Assembly: GCA_964016885.1 (NCBI GenBank)
Contig: OZ024741.1
Location: 358,546,001-358,610,000, forward strand
DNA: 64,000 nt
DNA from: Eledone cirrhosa
Lineage: Eukaryota
Reading direction: 5' to 3'
The position numbers and the translations under genes are program-made. Numbering within the stretch: position 1 is the first letter of the stretch; every line of letters starts with the position of its first letter. The notes under the pieces are model-generated. The model did no database searches, was not told the DNA's origin, and saw only the letters and a list, made by a program, of their open reading frames with translations. Shown here piece after piece: positions 22,240-40,200 of this stretch.

Positions 22240-25200
22240 AAGACTACCACACTACAATGAGTGACACTACTACACTGAGTGACACTACTACACTACACCG
22301 AGTGACACTACACTAAGTGACACTCCAACACTGAGTGACACTCCAACACTGAGTGACACTACTACACTACACTGAGTGACATTACAGCACTACACCGAGT
22401 GACACTACTACACTATAATGTGTAACACTACTATGCTACACTGAGTGACACTACTACACTACACTGCGTGACACTAATACTCTACACTGCGTGACACTAC
22501 TACACTACACTGAGGGACACTACTACATTACACTGAGTGACACTGCTACACTAATGGACACTACTACACTACACTGAGTGACACTGCTACACTACACTAA
22601 GTGACACTACTACAGTGAGTGACACTACTATACTGAGTGACACTACTACACTGAGTGATACTACTATACTGAGTGTAATTACTACACTACACTGAGTGAG
22701 ACTACTAAACTGAGTGACACTACTACACTTCATTGAGTGGCACTACTACACTAAACTGAGAGACACTACTACACTACACTGAGTGATATTACTACACTAC
22801 ACTGAGTGACACTACTACACTGAGTGATAATACTACACTGAGTGACACTACTACATTGAGTGACACTATTACATGGAGTGACACTACTACACTGAGTGAC
22901 ACAGTTACATTAAACTGAGTGACATAACTACACTACACTGAGTGACACAACTACATGACACGGCCTGACACTACAACACTGAGTGACACTACTAAACTAC
23001 ACCGAGTGACACTACTACACTGAGTGATACTACTACACAACACTGAGTGACGCTACTACACTACACTGAGTGACACAACTACACTACACCGAGTGCCACT
23101 ACTACACTACACCGAGTGACACTACTACACTACACCGAGTGACACTACTACACTACACCGAGTGACACTACTACACTACACTGACTGACACTACACTACA
23201 CAACACTGAGTGACACTACTACAATACGCCGAGTGACACTACAACACTACACTGAGTGACACTACTACACTACACTGAGATACACCACTACACTGAATGA
23301 CACTACTACACTACACTGAGTGACACTACAACACTGCACTGAGTGACACTACTAAACTACACTGAGTGACACTACAACACTACACTGTGTGACACTACAG
23401 AACAACACTGACTGACACTACACTACACTACACTGAGTGACACTACTAAAATACACCGAGTGACACTACAACACTACACTACACTGAGTGACACTACTAC
23501 ACTAAACAGAGTGACACTACTACACAACACTATGTGACACTACAACAAGTGACACTTAGTGACTCAATTACACTTCATGGAGTGTCACTACTAAAGTGAG
23601 TGACACAAGTAATACTACTACACTACACCGAGTTACACTACTATACTATACAGAGTAGAAAACTACACTGAGGAACACTACTACACTATACAGAGTGACA
23701 ATACTACACTATACTGAGTGACACGACACTACACTGAGTGACACAACTACACTACACCGAGTGACACTACTACACTATACAGAGTGACACCACTACATTG
23801 AATGACACTACTACACAACACGGAGTGACACTACTACACTACACCGAGTGACACTACAACACTACACTCAGTGACACTACAATACTACACTGAGTGACAC
23901 TACTACACTACAATGAGGGACACTACTACACTACACTGAGTGACACTACTACACTACACCGAGTGACACTACAACACTACACCGAGTGACACTACTACAC
24001 TACACTGAGTGACACTACTACACTGCACTGGGTGACACTACTACACTACACCGAGTGACATTACTACACTACACTGAGTGAGACTACTACACTACACTAA
24101 GTAATACTACTACACTACACTGAGTGACACTACTACACTACACTGAGATACACCACTACACTGAATGGCACTACTACACTACACTGAGTGACACTACTAC
24201 ACTACACCGAGTGACACTACTACACTACACCGAGTGAAACTACAAAACTACACTGACTGACACTACACTACACAACACTGAGTGACACTACTACACTACA
24301 CCGAGTGACACTACTACACTGAGTGATACTACTACACAACACTGAGTGACGCTACTACACTACACTGAGTGACACAACTACACTACACCGAGTGCCACTA
24401 CTACACTACACCGAGTGACAATACTACACTACTCCAAGTGACACTACTATTGAGTGTTACTACTACACTACACTGAGTGACACTACTACACTGAGTGACA
24501 CAACTACACTACACCGAGTGACACTACTAAACTAAGTGACACCACTACACTGAATGACACTACTACAATACACGGAGAGATACTACTACACTACACCGAG
24601 TGACACTACTACATTACACCGAGTGACACTACTACACTGAGTGATACTACTACACAACACTGAGTGACTCTACTACACTAGACTGAGTAATACTACTACA
24701 CTACACTGAGTGACACTACTACACTGAATGACATTACTACACTAAATGGAGTGACACTACTACACTACACTGAGTGACACTACTAAACTGAGTGACACAA
24801 CTACATTACACTGAGTAATGCTACTACACTACACTGAGTGACACTACTACACTACACTGAGGGACACTACTAAACTGAGTGACACAACTACATTACACTG
24901 AGTAATACTACTACACTACACTGAGATACACCACTACACTGAATGTCACTACTATACTACACTGAGTGACACAACTACACTAAACTGAGGGACACTACTA
25001 AACTGAGTGACACACCTACACTGCACTGAGTAATACTACTACACTACACTGGGTGACACAACTACACCACACGGAGTGACATTACTAAACTGAGTGACAC
25101 AAGTACACTGAGTAATACTACTACACTACATCGAATGACACTACTACACTATACAGAGTGACATTACTACACTACACTGGGGGAAACTACTTCACTACAC

Positions 25201-28200
25201 TGAGTGACACTACAACACTACACCGAGTGACACTACTACACTATACAGAGTGACAATACTACACTAAGCCGAGTGACACTACTACACTATACAGAGTGAC
25301 ACTATTACACTATACTGTGTGACACTACTACACTACACTCGCGGACACTACTTCACTACACTGAGTGACATTACTACACTACACTAAGTGACACTACTAT
25401 ACTGAACTGAGTGACACTACTACCCTACACTGAGTGACACTACAACACTGAGTGACACAACTACACTACACTGAGTGAGACTAGTACACTATACAGAGTG
25501 ACACCACTACATTGAATGACACTACTACACAACACTGAGGGACACTACTACATTATACTGAGTGACACTCTTACACTGAGGGACACTACTACACTACACT
25601 GAGTGACACTACTATACTGAGTGACATTACTACACTACACTGAGAGAGACTACTAAACTGAGAGAGACTACTACACTACACTGAGTAATACTACTACACT
25701 ATACAGAGTGACACTACTACACTACACTGAATGACACTACTACACTACACTGAGTGACACAACTACACTACACGGAGTGACACTACTAAATTGAGTGACA
25801 CAACTACACTGCACTGAGCTGAGTGATAATACTACACTACACCGACTGACACTACTACACTATACAGAGTGACAATACTACACTATACCGAGTGACACTA
25901 ATTCACTATACAGAGTGACACTACTACACTACACTGAGTGACAATATTACACTATACAATGTGACACTATTACACTATACAATGTGACACTACTACACTA
26001 TACTGAGTGACACTACTACACTTTACAGAGTGACACTAATAGATTACATTGAGTGACACTACTACACTCACTGACACTACTACACTACACTGAGTGACAC
26101 TACTACACTACACTCAATGACACTACTACACTACACTGAGTAACAATACCACACTGAGTGATACTACTACACTACACTGAGTGACACTACTACACTACAC
26201 TGACATACACCACTACATTGAATGACACTACTACACTACCCTGAGTGACACTACAACACTACACTGAGATACACCACTGCACTGAATGACACTACTACAC
26301 TACACTGAGTGACACTACAACACTGCACTGAGTGACACTACTAAACTACACTGAGAGACACTACTACATTGCGTGACATGACTACACTACGATCAGTGAC
26401 ACTACTACACTACACTGAGTGACTATACTACATTAGACCGAGTGACACTACTACACTATACAGCGTGACACTACTACACTACACCGAGTGACACTACAAC
26501 ACTACACTGTGTGACACTACAGAACAACACTGACTGACACTACACTACACTACACTGAGTGACACTACTAAAATACACCGAGTGACACTACTACACTACA
26601 CTGAGTGACACTACTACACTAAACTGAGTGACACTACTACACAACACTATGTGACACTACAACATTTAGTGACTCAATTACACTTCATGGAGTGTCACTA
26701 CTAAAGTGAGTGACACAAGTAATACTACTACACTACACCGAGTTACACTACTACACTATACAGAGTAGAAAACTACACTGAGGAACACTACTACACTATA
26801 CAGAGTGACAATACTACACTATACTGAGTGACACGACACTACACTGAGTGACACAACTACACTACACCGAGTGACACTACTACACTATACAGAGTGACAC
26901 CACTACATTGAATGACACTACTACACAACACGGAGTGACACTACTACACTACACCAAGTGACACTACAACACTACACTCAGTGACACTACAATACTACAC
27001 TGAGTGACACTACTACACTACAATGAGGGACACTACCACACTACACTGAGTGACACTACTACACTACACTGAGTGACACTACATCACTGAGTGACACTAC
27101 AACACTACACCGAGTGACACTACTACACTACACCGAGTGACACTACTACACTGCACTGAGTGACACTACTACACTACACTGAGTGAGACTACTACACTAC
27201 ACTGAGTGACACTACTACATTACACTGAGGGACACTTCTAAACTGAGTGTCACAACTACACTACACTAAGTAATACTACTACACTACACTGAGTGACACT
27301 ACTACACTACACTGAGATACACCACTATACTGAATGGCACTACTACACTACACTGAGTGACACTACTACACTACACCGAGTGACACTACTACACTACACA
27401 GAGTGAAACTACAAAACTACACTGACTGACACTACACTACACTACACTGAGTGACACTACAACACTACACTGAGTGACACTACTACACTACACTGAGTGA
27501 CATTACTACACTATACAGAGTGACAATACTAAACTATACTGAGTGACACTACACTACACTGAGTGACACAACTACACTACACCGAGTGACACTACTACAC
27601 TATACAGAGTGACACTACAACACTACACTGAGTGACACTACATAACTACAATGAGTGACACTACAACACTACACTGAGTGACACTACAACACTACACTGA
27701 GTGACACTAGTACACTACACCGAGTAACGCTACTAAACCGAGTGATACTACTACACTACACTGAGTGACACTACTCCACTACACCGAGTGACACTACTCC
27801 ACTACACCGAGTGACACCAATACACTAGACTGAGTAACACTACTACACTGAGTCATACTACTACACTACACTAAGTGACACTACTACACTACACTGAGTG
27901 ACACTACTACACTATACAGAGTGACACTAATACACTGAGTGACACTACTACACTACACTGAGTGACACTAATACACTACACTGACTGACACTACTATACT
28001 ATAATGAAGGACACTACTACACTACACAGAGGAAAACTACTACACTACACCGAGTGACACTACACTGAGTGACACTACTATACTACACTGAGTGACACTA
28101 CTACACTATACTGAGGGACACTACTACATTACACTGAGTGACACTGCTACACTGAGGGACACTACTACACTACACTGAGTGACACTACTACACTGAGTGA

Positions 28201-31200
28201 CACTATTATACTGAGTGACATTACTACACTACACTGAGTGAGACTACTAAACTGAATGACACTACTACACTTCATTAAGTGGCGCTATTACACTAAACTG
28301 ACAGACACTACTACACTACACTGAGTGACATTACTAAACTACAGTGAGTGACACTACTACACTGAGTGAGACTACTACACTGAGTGACACTACTACACTG
28401 AGTGACACTACTACACTGAGTGACACAGCTACACTACACTGGTTACACAACTACACAACACTGACTGCCACTACTAAACTGAGTGACACAACTACACTAC
28501 ACTGAGTAATACTACTACACTATACAGAGTGACACTACTACACTACACTGAATGACACTACTAGACTACACTGAGTGACACAACTACACTACACGGAGTG
28601 ACACTACTAAATTGAGTGACACAACTACACTGCACTGAGCTGAGTGATAATACTACACTACACCGACTGACACTAATACACTATACAGAGTGACAATACT
28701 ACACTATACCGAGTGACACTAATTCACTATACAGAGTGACACTACTACACTACACTGAGTGACAATATTACACTATACAATGTGACACTATTACACTATA
28801 CAATGTGACACTACTACACTATACTGAGTGACACTACTACACTTTACAGAGTGACACTAATAGATTACATTGAGTGACACTACTACACTCACTGACACTA
28901 CTACACTACACTGAGTAACAATACCACACTGAGTGATACTACTACACTACACTGAGTGACACTACTACACTACACTGACATACACCACTACATTGAATGA
29001 CACTACTACACTACCCTGAGTGACACTACTACACTACACTGAGATACACCACTGCACTGAATGACACTACTACACTACACTGAGTGACACTACAACACTG
29101 CACTGAGTGACACTACTAAACTACACTGAGTGACACTACTACATTGCGTGACATGACTACACTACGATCAGTGACACTACTACACTACACTGAGTGACTA
29201 TACTACATTAGACCGAGTGACACTACTACATTATACAGCGTGACACTACTACACTACACCGAGTGACACTACAACACTACACTGTGTGACACTACAGAAC
29301 AACACTGACTGACACTACACTACACTACACTGAGTGACACTACTAAAATACACCGAGTGACACTACAACACTACACTGAGTGACACTACTACACTAAACT
29401 GAGTGACACTACTACACAACACTATGTGACACTACAACACTTAGTGACTCAATTACACTTCATGGAGTGTCACTACTAAAGTGAGTGACACAAGTAATAC
29501 TACTACACTACACCGAGTTACACTACTACACTATACAGAGTAGAAAACTACACTGAGGAACACTACTACACTATACAGAGTGACAATACTACACTATACT
29601 GAGTGACACGACACTACACTGAGTGACACAAGTACACTACACCGAGTGACACTACTACACTATACAGAGTGACACCACTACATTGAATGACACTACTACA
29701 CAACACGGAGTGACACTACTACACTACACTGAGTGACACTACTACACTACACTGAGTGACACTACATCACTGAGTGACACTACAACACTACACCGAGTGA
29801 CACTACTACACTGCACTGAGTGACACTACTACACTACACTGAGTGAGACTACTACATTACACTGAGGGACACTTCTAAACTGAGTGTCACAACTACACTA
29901 CACTAAGTAATACTACTACACTACACTGAGTGACACTACTATACTACACTGAGATACACCACTACACTGAATGGCACTACTACACTACACTGAGTGACAC
30001 TACTACACTACACCGTGTGACACTACTACACTACACCGAGTGAAACTACAAAACTACACTGACTGACACTACACTACACTACACTGAGTGACACTACTAC
30101 AATACACCGAGTGACACTACAACACTACACTGAGTGACACTACTACACTACACTGAGTGACATTACTACACTATACAGAGTGACAATACTAAACTATACT
30201 GAGTGACACTACACTACACTGAGTGACACAACTACACTGCACCGAGTGACACTACTACACTATACAGAGTGACACTACAACACTACACTGAGTGACACTA
30301 CATCACTACAATGAGCGACACTACAACACTACACTGAGTGACACTACAACACTACACTGAGTGACACTAGTACACTACACCGAGTAACGCTACTAAACCG
30401 AGTGATACTACTACACTACACTGAGTGACACTACTCCACTACACCGAGTGACACTACTCCACTACACCGAGTGACACCACTACACTACACTGAGTAACAC
30501 TAATACACTGAGTCATACTACTACACTACACTAAGTGACACTACTACACTACACTGAGGGACACTTCTATACTGAGTGACACAACTACACTACAATAAGT
30601 AATACTACTACACTACACTGAGTGACACTACTACATTATACTGAGTGACACTACTACATTACACTGAGGGACACTTCTAAACTGAGTGACACAACTACAC
30701 TACAATAAGTAATACTACTACACTACACTGAGTGACACTACTACACTACACTGAGTGACACTACTACATTACACTGAGGGACACTTCTAAACTGAGTGAC
30801 ACAACTACACTACAATAAGTAATACTACTACACTACACTGAGTGACACTACTACACTACACTGAGTGACAAAACTACACTACACGGAGTGACACTACTAA
30901 GTTGAGTGACACAACTACACTACACTGAGTAATACACTATGCTGAGCTGAGTGACAATACTACACTACACAGAGTGACACTACTACACTATACTGAGTGA
31001 CAATACTACACTACACCGATAGACACTACTTCACTATACAGAGTGACACTACTACACTACACTGAGAGACACTATTTTCCTACACTACACTGAGTGAGCC
31101 TACTGCACTGTACTGAGATACAGCACTACACTGAATGACACTACTACACTACACTGAGTGACATTACAACACTACACTGAGTGTTACTACTACACTACAC

Positions 31201-34200
31201 TGTGTGACACTACAACACTGAGTGACACTACACAACTACACTGAGTGACACTACTACACTACACTGAGTAACACTACTACACTACACTGAGTGACACTAC
31301 TACACTACACTGAGGGACACTACTAAACTACAGTGAGTGACACTACTCCACTGAGTGACATGAATACACTACACTGAGTGACACTACTACACTACACCGA
31401 GAGACACTACTACACTATACAGAGTGACAATACTACACTACACTGAGAGACACTCCTATACTACACTGAGTGACACTACTACACTCAGTGACATTACTAC
31501 ATTGAGTGACACTACTACACTGAGTGACACTACTACACTGAATGACACCACTACACTACACTGAGTAACACTACTAAACTAAGTGACACAACTACACCAA
31601 ACTGCGTAATACTACTACACTACACTGAGTGACAACACTGCACTGAATGACACTACTACACAACACTGATTGACACTACTACACAACACTGATTCACACT
31701 ACTACACAACACTGATTCACACTACTACACAACACCGAGTGACACTACAACACTACACTGAGTGACACTACTACACAACACTGAGTGACACTACTACACA
31801 ACACTGAGTGACTCTACTACACTACACTGAGTAACACTACTACACTGAGTGATACTACTACACAGCACTGAGTGATACTACTACACTACACTGAGTGACA
31901 CTACAACACTACACCAAATTCCACTACAACACTACACTGAGTGACACTACTACACAACACTGGGTGACTCTACTACACTACACTGAGTAACACTACTACA
32001 CTGAGTGATACTACTACACAACACTGAGTGACACTACAACACTACACCAAATTCCACTACAACACTAAACTGGGTGACACTACTACACTACACTTAGGGA
32101 CAATACTACACTACACTGAGTGACACTACTACATTGAGTGACACTACTCCACTGAGTGACACCACTACACTACCCTGAGTGACACAACTACACTAGACTG
32201 AGTGACACTACTAAACTACACTACACTACACTGCGTAATACTACTACACTACACTGAGTGACACTACTACACTACAGTGATTGTCACCACTACACTGAAT
32301 GACACTACTACACTACACTAAGTGACACTACTACACTACACTGAAGGACACTACTGCACTACACTGAGTGAGACCACTACACTACACTGAGTGACACTTC
32401 TAAACTGAGTGACACAACTACACTACAATAAGTAATACTACCACGCTACACTGAGTGACACTACTACATTACACTGAGTGACACTACTACATTACACTGA
32501 GGGACACTTCTAAACTGAGTGACACAACTACACTACAATAAGTAATACTACTACACTACACTGAGTGACACTACTACACTACACTGAGTGACACTACTAC
32601 ATTACACTGAGGGACACTTCTAAACTGAGTGACACAACTACACTACAATAAGTAATACTACTACACTACACTGAGTGACACTACTACACTACACTGAGTG
32701 ACAAAACTACACTACTCGGAGTGACACTACTAAGTTGAGTGACACAACTACACTATGCTGAGCTGAGTGACAATACTACACTACACTGATTGACACTACT
32801 ACACTATACAGAGTGACAATACTACACTACACCGATAGACACTACTTCACTATACAGAGTGACACTACTACACTACACTGAGTGACACTACACAACTACA
32901 CTGAGTGACACTACTACACTACACTGAGGGACACTACTAAACTACAGGGAGTTACACTACTACACTGAGTGACATGACTACACTACACTGAGTGACAACA
33001 CTGCACTGAATGACACTACTACACAACACTGATTGACACTACTACACAACACTGATTCACACTACTACACAACACCGAGTGACACTACAACACTACACTG
33101 AGCGACACTACTACACAACACTGAGTGACACTACTACACAACACTGAGTGACTCTACTACACTACACTGAGTAACACTACTACACTGAGTGATACTACTA
33201 GACAGCACTGAGTGATACTACTACACTACACTGAGTGACACTACAACACTACACCAAATTCCACTACAACACTACACTGAGTGACACTACTACACAACAC
33301 TGGGTGACACTACTACACTACACTTAGGGACAATACTACACTACACTGAGTGACACTACTACATTGAGTGACACTACTACACTGAGTGACACCACTACAC
33401 TACCCTGAGTGACACAACTACACTAGACTGAGTGACACTACTAAACTACACTACACTACATTGAGTAATACTACTACACTACACTGAGTGACACTACTAC
33501 ACTACAGTGATTGTCACCACTACACTGAATGACACTACTACACTACACCGAGTGACACTACAGCGCTACACTGAGTGACACTACTACACAACACTGAGTG
33601 ACACTACTACACTACACTGAGTGACACTACAACGCTGCACTGAGGGACACTACTTCACTACACTGAGTGAGACCACTATACTACACTGAGTGACACTACT
33701 AAGTTGAGTGATACAAATGCACTACACTGAGTAATGCACTACGCTGAGCTGAGTGACAATACTACACTATACAGAGTGACAATACTACACGACACCAAGT
33801 GACACTACTTCACTACACTGTGTGACACTACAACACTGAGTGACACTACACCACTACACCAAGTGACAATACTACACTACACCGAGTAACACTACTACAC
33901 TACACTGTGTGACACTACACTACTACACCAAGTGACAATACTACACTACACTGAGTGACACTACTACACCACACTGAGGGACACTACTAAACTACAGGGA
34001 GTGACACTACTACACTGAGTGACGTGACTACACTACACTGAGTGACAATACTACACTACACTGAATGACACTACTACAATACACTGAGTGACACTACTAC
34101 ACTATACAGAGTAACACTACTACATTACGCTGAGAGACACTCCTATACTACACTGAGTGACACTACTACACAGAGTGACATTACTACATTGAGTGACACT

Positions 34201-37200
34201 ACTCCACTGAGTGACACCACTACACTTCACTGAGTGACACTACTAAACTAAGTGACACCACTACACTGAATGACACTACTACAATACACGGAGAGATACT
34301 ACTACACTACACCGAGTGACACTACAACACTACACTGAGTGACACTACTACACAACACTGATTGACACTACTACACAACACTGATTCACACTACTACCCA
34401 ACACTGAGTGACACTACTACACAACACTGAGAGACACTACTACACTGAGTGACACTACTACACAACACTGAGTGACACTACTACACTACACTGAGTGACA
34501 CTACTACACAGCACTGAGTGATACTACTACACTACACTGAGTGACACTACTACACTACACCGAATTCCACTACAACACTACACTGAGTGACAATACTACA
34601 CGACACTGGGTGACACTACTACACTATACTGAGGGACAATACTACACTACACTGAGTGACACTACTACATAATTGACACTACTACACTGAGTGACACAAC
34701 TACACTACCCTGAGTGACACAACTACACTAGACTTAGTGACACTACTAAACTACACTACACTACACTGCGTAATACTACTACACTACAGTGATTGTCACC
34801 ACTACACTGAATGACACTACTACACTACACGGAGTGACACTACTACACTACAACGAGTGACACTACAGCGCTACACTGAGTGACACTACTACACAGCACT
34901 GAGTGACACTACTACCCAGCACTGAGTGAGACTACTACACAACACTGAGTGACACTACTACACAACACCGAGTGACACTACTCCACTACACCGAGTGACA
35001 CAACTACACTACACTGAGTGACACGGCTAAACTACATTGAGTGACACTACTACACTACACTGAGTGACACTACAACACTGCACTGAGTGACACTATTAAA
35101 CTACACTGAGCTGAGTGACAATACTACACTACACTGAGTGACACAACTACACTACACCGAGTGACACTACTACACTATACATAGTGACACCACTACATTG
35201 AATGACACTACTACACAACACGGAGTGACACTACTACACTACACCGAATGACACTACAACACTACACTCAGTGACACTACAATACTACACTGAGTGACAC
35301 TACTACACTACAATGAGGGACACTACTATACTGCACTGAGTGACACTACTACACTACACTGAGTGACACTACATCACTGAGTGACACTACAAAACTACAC
35401 CAAGTGACACTACTACACTACACTGAGTGACACTACTACACAGCACTGAGTGACACTACTACACTACACCGAGGGACACTACTACACTACACTGAGTGAG
35501 ACTACTACACTACACTGAGTGACAAAACTACACTACACGGAGTGACACTACTAAATTGAGTGACACAACTACACTACACTGAGTAATACACTATGCTGAG
35601 CTGAGTGATAATACTACACTACACTGAGTGAGACTACTACATTACACCAAGGGACACTTCTAAACTGAGTGACACTACTACACTACACTCAGTGACACTA
35701 CAATACTACACTGAGTGACACTACTACACTACACTAAGTGACATTACAACAGTGCACTGAGGGACACTACTACACTACACTGAGTGAGACCACTACACTA
35801 CACTGAATGACACTACTACACTACACGGAGTTACACTACTACACTACACTGAGGGACACTACTAAACTACAGGGAGTGACACTACTACACTACATTGAAT
35901 GACACTACAAACAATACACTGAGTGACACTACTACACTAAAATGAGTGACACTACTACACTACACTCAGTAACGCTACTACAATGAGTGATACTACTACA
36001 CAGCACTGAGTGATACTACTACACTACACTGAGTGACACTACTACATACACCGAATTCCACTACAACACTACACTGAGTGACACTACTAAACAACAGTGG
36101 GTGACACTACTACACTACACTGAGGGACAATACTACACTACACTGAGTGACACTACTACATTGAGTTACACTACTACACTGAGTGACACAACTACACTAC
36201 CCTGAGTGACACAACTACACTAGACCACACTACACTGCGTAATACTACTAGACAACACTGAGTGACACTACTAAACAACACTGGGTGACACTACTACACT
36301 ACACTGAGAGACAATACTACACTACACTGAGTGACACTACTACATTGAATTACACTACTACACTGAGGGACACCACTACACTACCCTGAGTGACACAACT
36401 ACACTAGACTACACTACACTGCGTGATACTACTACACTACACTGAGTGATAATACTACACTACAGTGATTGTCACCACTACACTGAATGACACTACTACA
36501 CTACATGGAGTGACACTACTACACTACACCGAGTGACAATACAGCGCTACACTGATTGACACTACTACACAGCACTGAGTGAGACTACTACACAACACTG
36601 AGTGACACTACTACACAACACCGAGTGACACTACTCCACTACACCGAGTGACACCACTACACTACACTGAGTGACACTGCTAAACTACACTGAGTGACAC
36701 TGCTAAACTACACTGAGTGACACTACTACACTACACCGGGTGACACTACAACACTACACTGAGTGACACTACTACACTACACTGATTAACACTACTACAC
36801 TACACCGAGAGACACTACTACACTATACAGAGTGACAAAACTACACTACACTGAGAGACACTCCTATACTACATTGAGTGACACTACTACACTGAGTGAC
36901 ACTACTACATTGAGTGACTCTACTACACTGAGTGACACCACTACATTACACTGAGTGACACTACAACACTGAGTGTAGTAGTGTCACTCAATGTGTGACA
37001 CTACAGAACAACACTGACTGACACTACACTGAGTGACACTACTAAAATACACTGAGTGACACTACTAAAATACACCGAGTGACACTACAACACTACACTG
37101 AGTGACACTACTACACTAAACTGAGTGACACTACTACACAACACTATGTGACACTACAACACTTAGTGACACAACTACAGTTCACGGAGTGACACTACTA

Positions 37201-40200
37201 AAGTGAGTGACACAAGTAATACTACTACACTACACCGAGTGACACTACTACACTATACAGAGTGACACCACTACATTGAATGACACTACTACACTGCACT
37301 GAGTGACACTACTACACTACACCAAGGGACATTACTACACTACACAGAGTGACACTACTACACAACACCGAGTCACACTACTCCACTACACCGAGTGACA
37401 CCACTACGCTACACTGAGTGACTCTGCTAAACTACACTGAGTGACACTACTACACAACACTGGGTGACACTACAACACTACACTTAGTGACACTACTACA
37501 CTACACTGAGTGACACTACAACACTGCACTGAGAGACACTAATACACTACACTGAGTGAGACCACTACACTGCACCGAGTGACACGACAACACTACACTG
37601 AGTGACACTACTACACAACACTGAATGACACTACTACACAACACTGAGTGACACTACGACACTACACTGAGAGACACTACTACACTGAGTGATACTACTA
37701 CACAGCACTGAGTGATACTACTACACTACACTTAGTGACACCACTACACTACACTGAGTGACACTACTACACTGAGTGATACTACTACACTACACTAAAT
37801 GACACTACTACACTGAGGGACACTAGTACACTTCATTGAGTAGCACTACTACACTACATCGAGGGACACTACTTACTAAGAGACACTATTACACTGAGTG
37901 ACACTACTACATTTAGTGACACTACTACAATGAGTGACACTACTACATTGAGTGACACTACTACATTGAGTGACACAACTACACTGAGTGACACCACTAC
38001 ACTACCCTGAGTGACACTACTACACTACACTGAGTGACACTACAACACTGCACTCAGTGACACTGCAATACTACAATGAGTGACACTACTACACTACAAT
38101 GAGGGACACTATTACACTACACGGAGAGACACTACTACACTACACTGACTGACACTACTACATTACACAGAGGGACACTAATACACTACGCCGCGTGACA
38201 CTACAGCACTACACTTAGTGCGACTACTACACTACACTGAGTGAGACTACTACACTACACTGAGTGACACTACTACATTACATAGAGGGACACTACTACA
38301 CTACACTGAGTGCCAGTACAACACTACCCTGAAAGACACAACTACACTACACTGAGTAACACTACTACACTACCCTAAGTGACACCACTACACTGAGTAA
38401 TACTACTACACTACACTGAGTGACACAACTACACTACACGGAGTGACACTACTACACTCAGGGACACAAGTACACTACACTGAGTAATACTACTACACTA
38501 CTCTGAGTGACACTACTACACTACACTGAATGACACTACTACACAACACTGAGTGACACTACTACACTACACTGAGTGACACTACTACACTACAATGAGG
38601 GACACTACTACATGACACTGAGTGACACTACAACACTACACTGAGTGACACTACTACATTACACTGAGGGACACTTCTAAACTGAGTGTCACAACTACAC
38701 TACACTGAGTGACTCCTACTACACAACACCAAGTGATACTACAACACTACACTGCACGGAGTGACGCTACTACACTACAATGAGTGACACTACTACACAA
38801 CACCAAGTGATACTACAACACTACACTGCACGGAGTGACACTACTACACTACAATGAGTGACACTACTACACTACACCGAGTGACACTACTACACTACAC
38901 CGAGTGACACAACACTACAATGAGTGACACTACTACACTACACCGAGTGACACTACTACACTGAATGATACTACTACACAACACTGAGTGATACTACAAC
39001 ACTACACTGAGTGACACTACTACACTACACCACGTGACACTACTACACTACACGGAGTGACACTACTAAAGTGAGTGACACAAGTAATACTACTACACTA
39101 CACCGAGTTACACTACTATACTATACAGAGTACAAAACTACACTGAGGAACACTACTACACTATACAGAGTGACAATACTACACTATACAGAGTGACAAT
39201 ACTACACTACACTGAGTGACACAACTACACTACACAGAGTGACACTGCTTCACTGTGTGACACAACAACACTACACTGAGTAAAACTACTACACTACACT
39301 GAGTAAAACTACTACACTACACTGAGTGAGACTACTACATTACACTGAGGGATACTTCTAAACTGAGTGACACAACTACACTACACGGAGTGACACTACT
39401 AAATTGAGTGACACAACTACACTACACTGAGTAATACACTACACTGAGCTGAGTGAAAATACTACACTACACCGAGAGACACTACTACACTATACAGAGT
39501 GACACTACTACACAGCACTGAGTGATACTACTACACTACACTGAGTGACACTACTACACTACACCGAATTCCACTACACCACTACACTGAGTGACAATAC
39601 TACACGACACTGGGTGACACTACTACACTATACTGAGGGACAATACTACACTACACTGAGTGACACTACTACATAATTGACACTACTACACTGAGTGACA
39701 CAACTACACTACCCTGAGTGACACAACTACACTAGACTTAGTCACACTACTAAACTACACTACACTACACTGCGTAATACTACTACACGACAGTGATTGT
39801 CACCACTACACTGAATGACACTACTACACTACACGGAGTGACACTACTACACTACAACGAGTGACACTACAGCGCTACACTGAGTGACACTACTACACAG
39901 CACTGAGTGACACTACTACACAGCACTGAGTGAGACTACTACACAACACTGAGTGACACTACTACACAACACCGAGTGACACTACTCCACTACACCGAGT
40001 GACACAACTACACTACACTGAGTGACACGGCTAAACTACATTGAGTGACACTACTACACTACACTGAGTGACACTACAACACTGCACTGAGTGACACTAT
40101 TAAACTACACTGAGATGAGTGACAATACTACACTACACTGAGTGACACAACTACACTACACCGAGTGACACTACTACACTATACATAGTGACACCACTAC

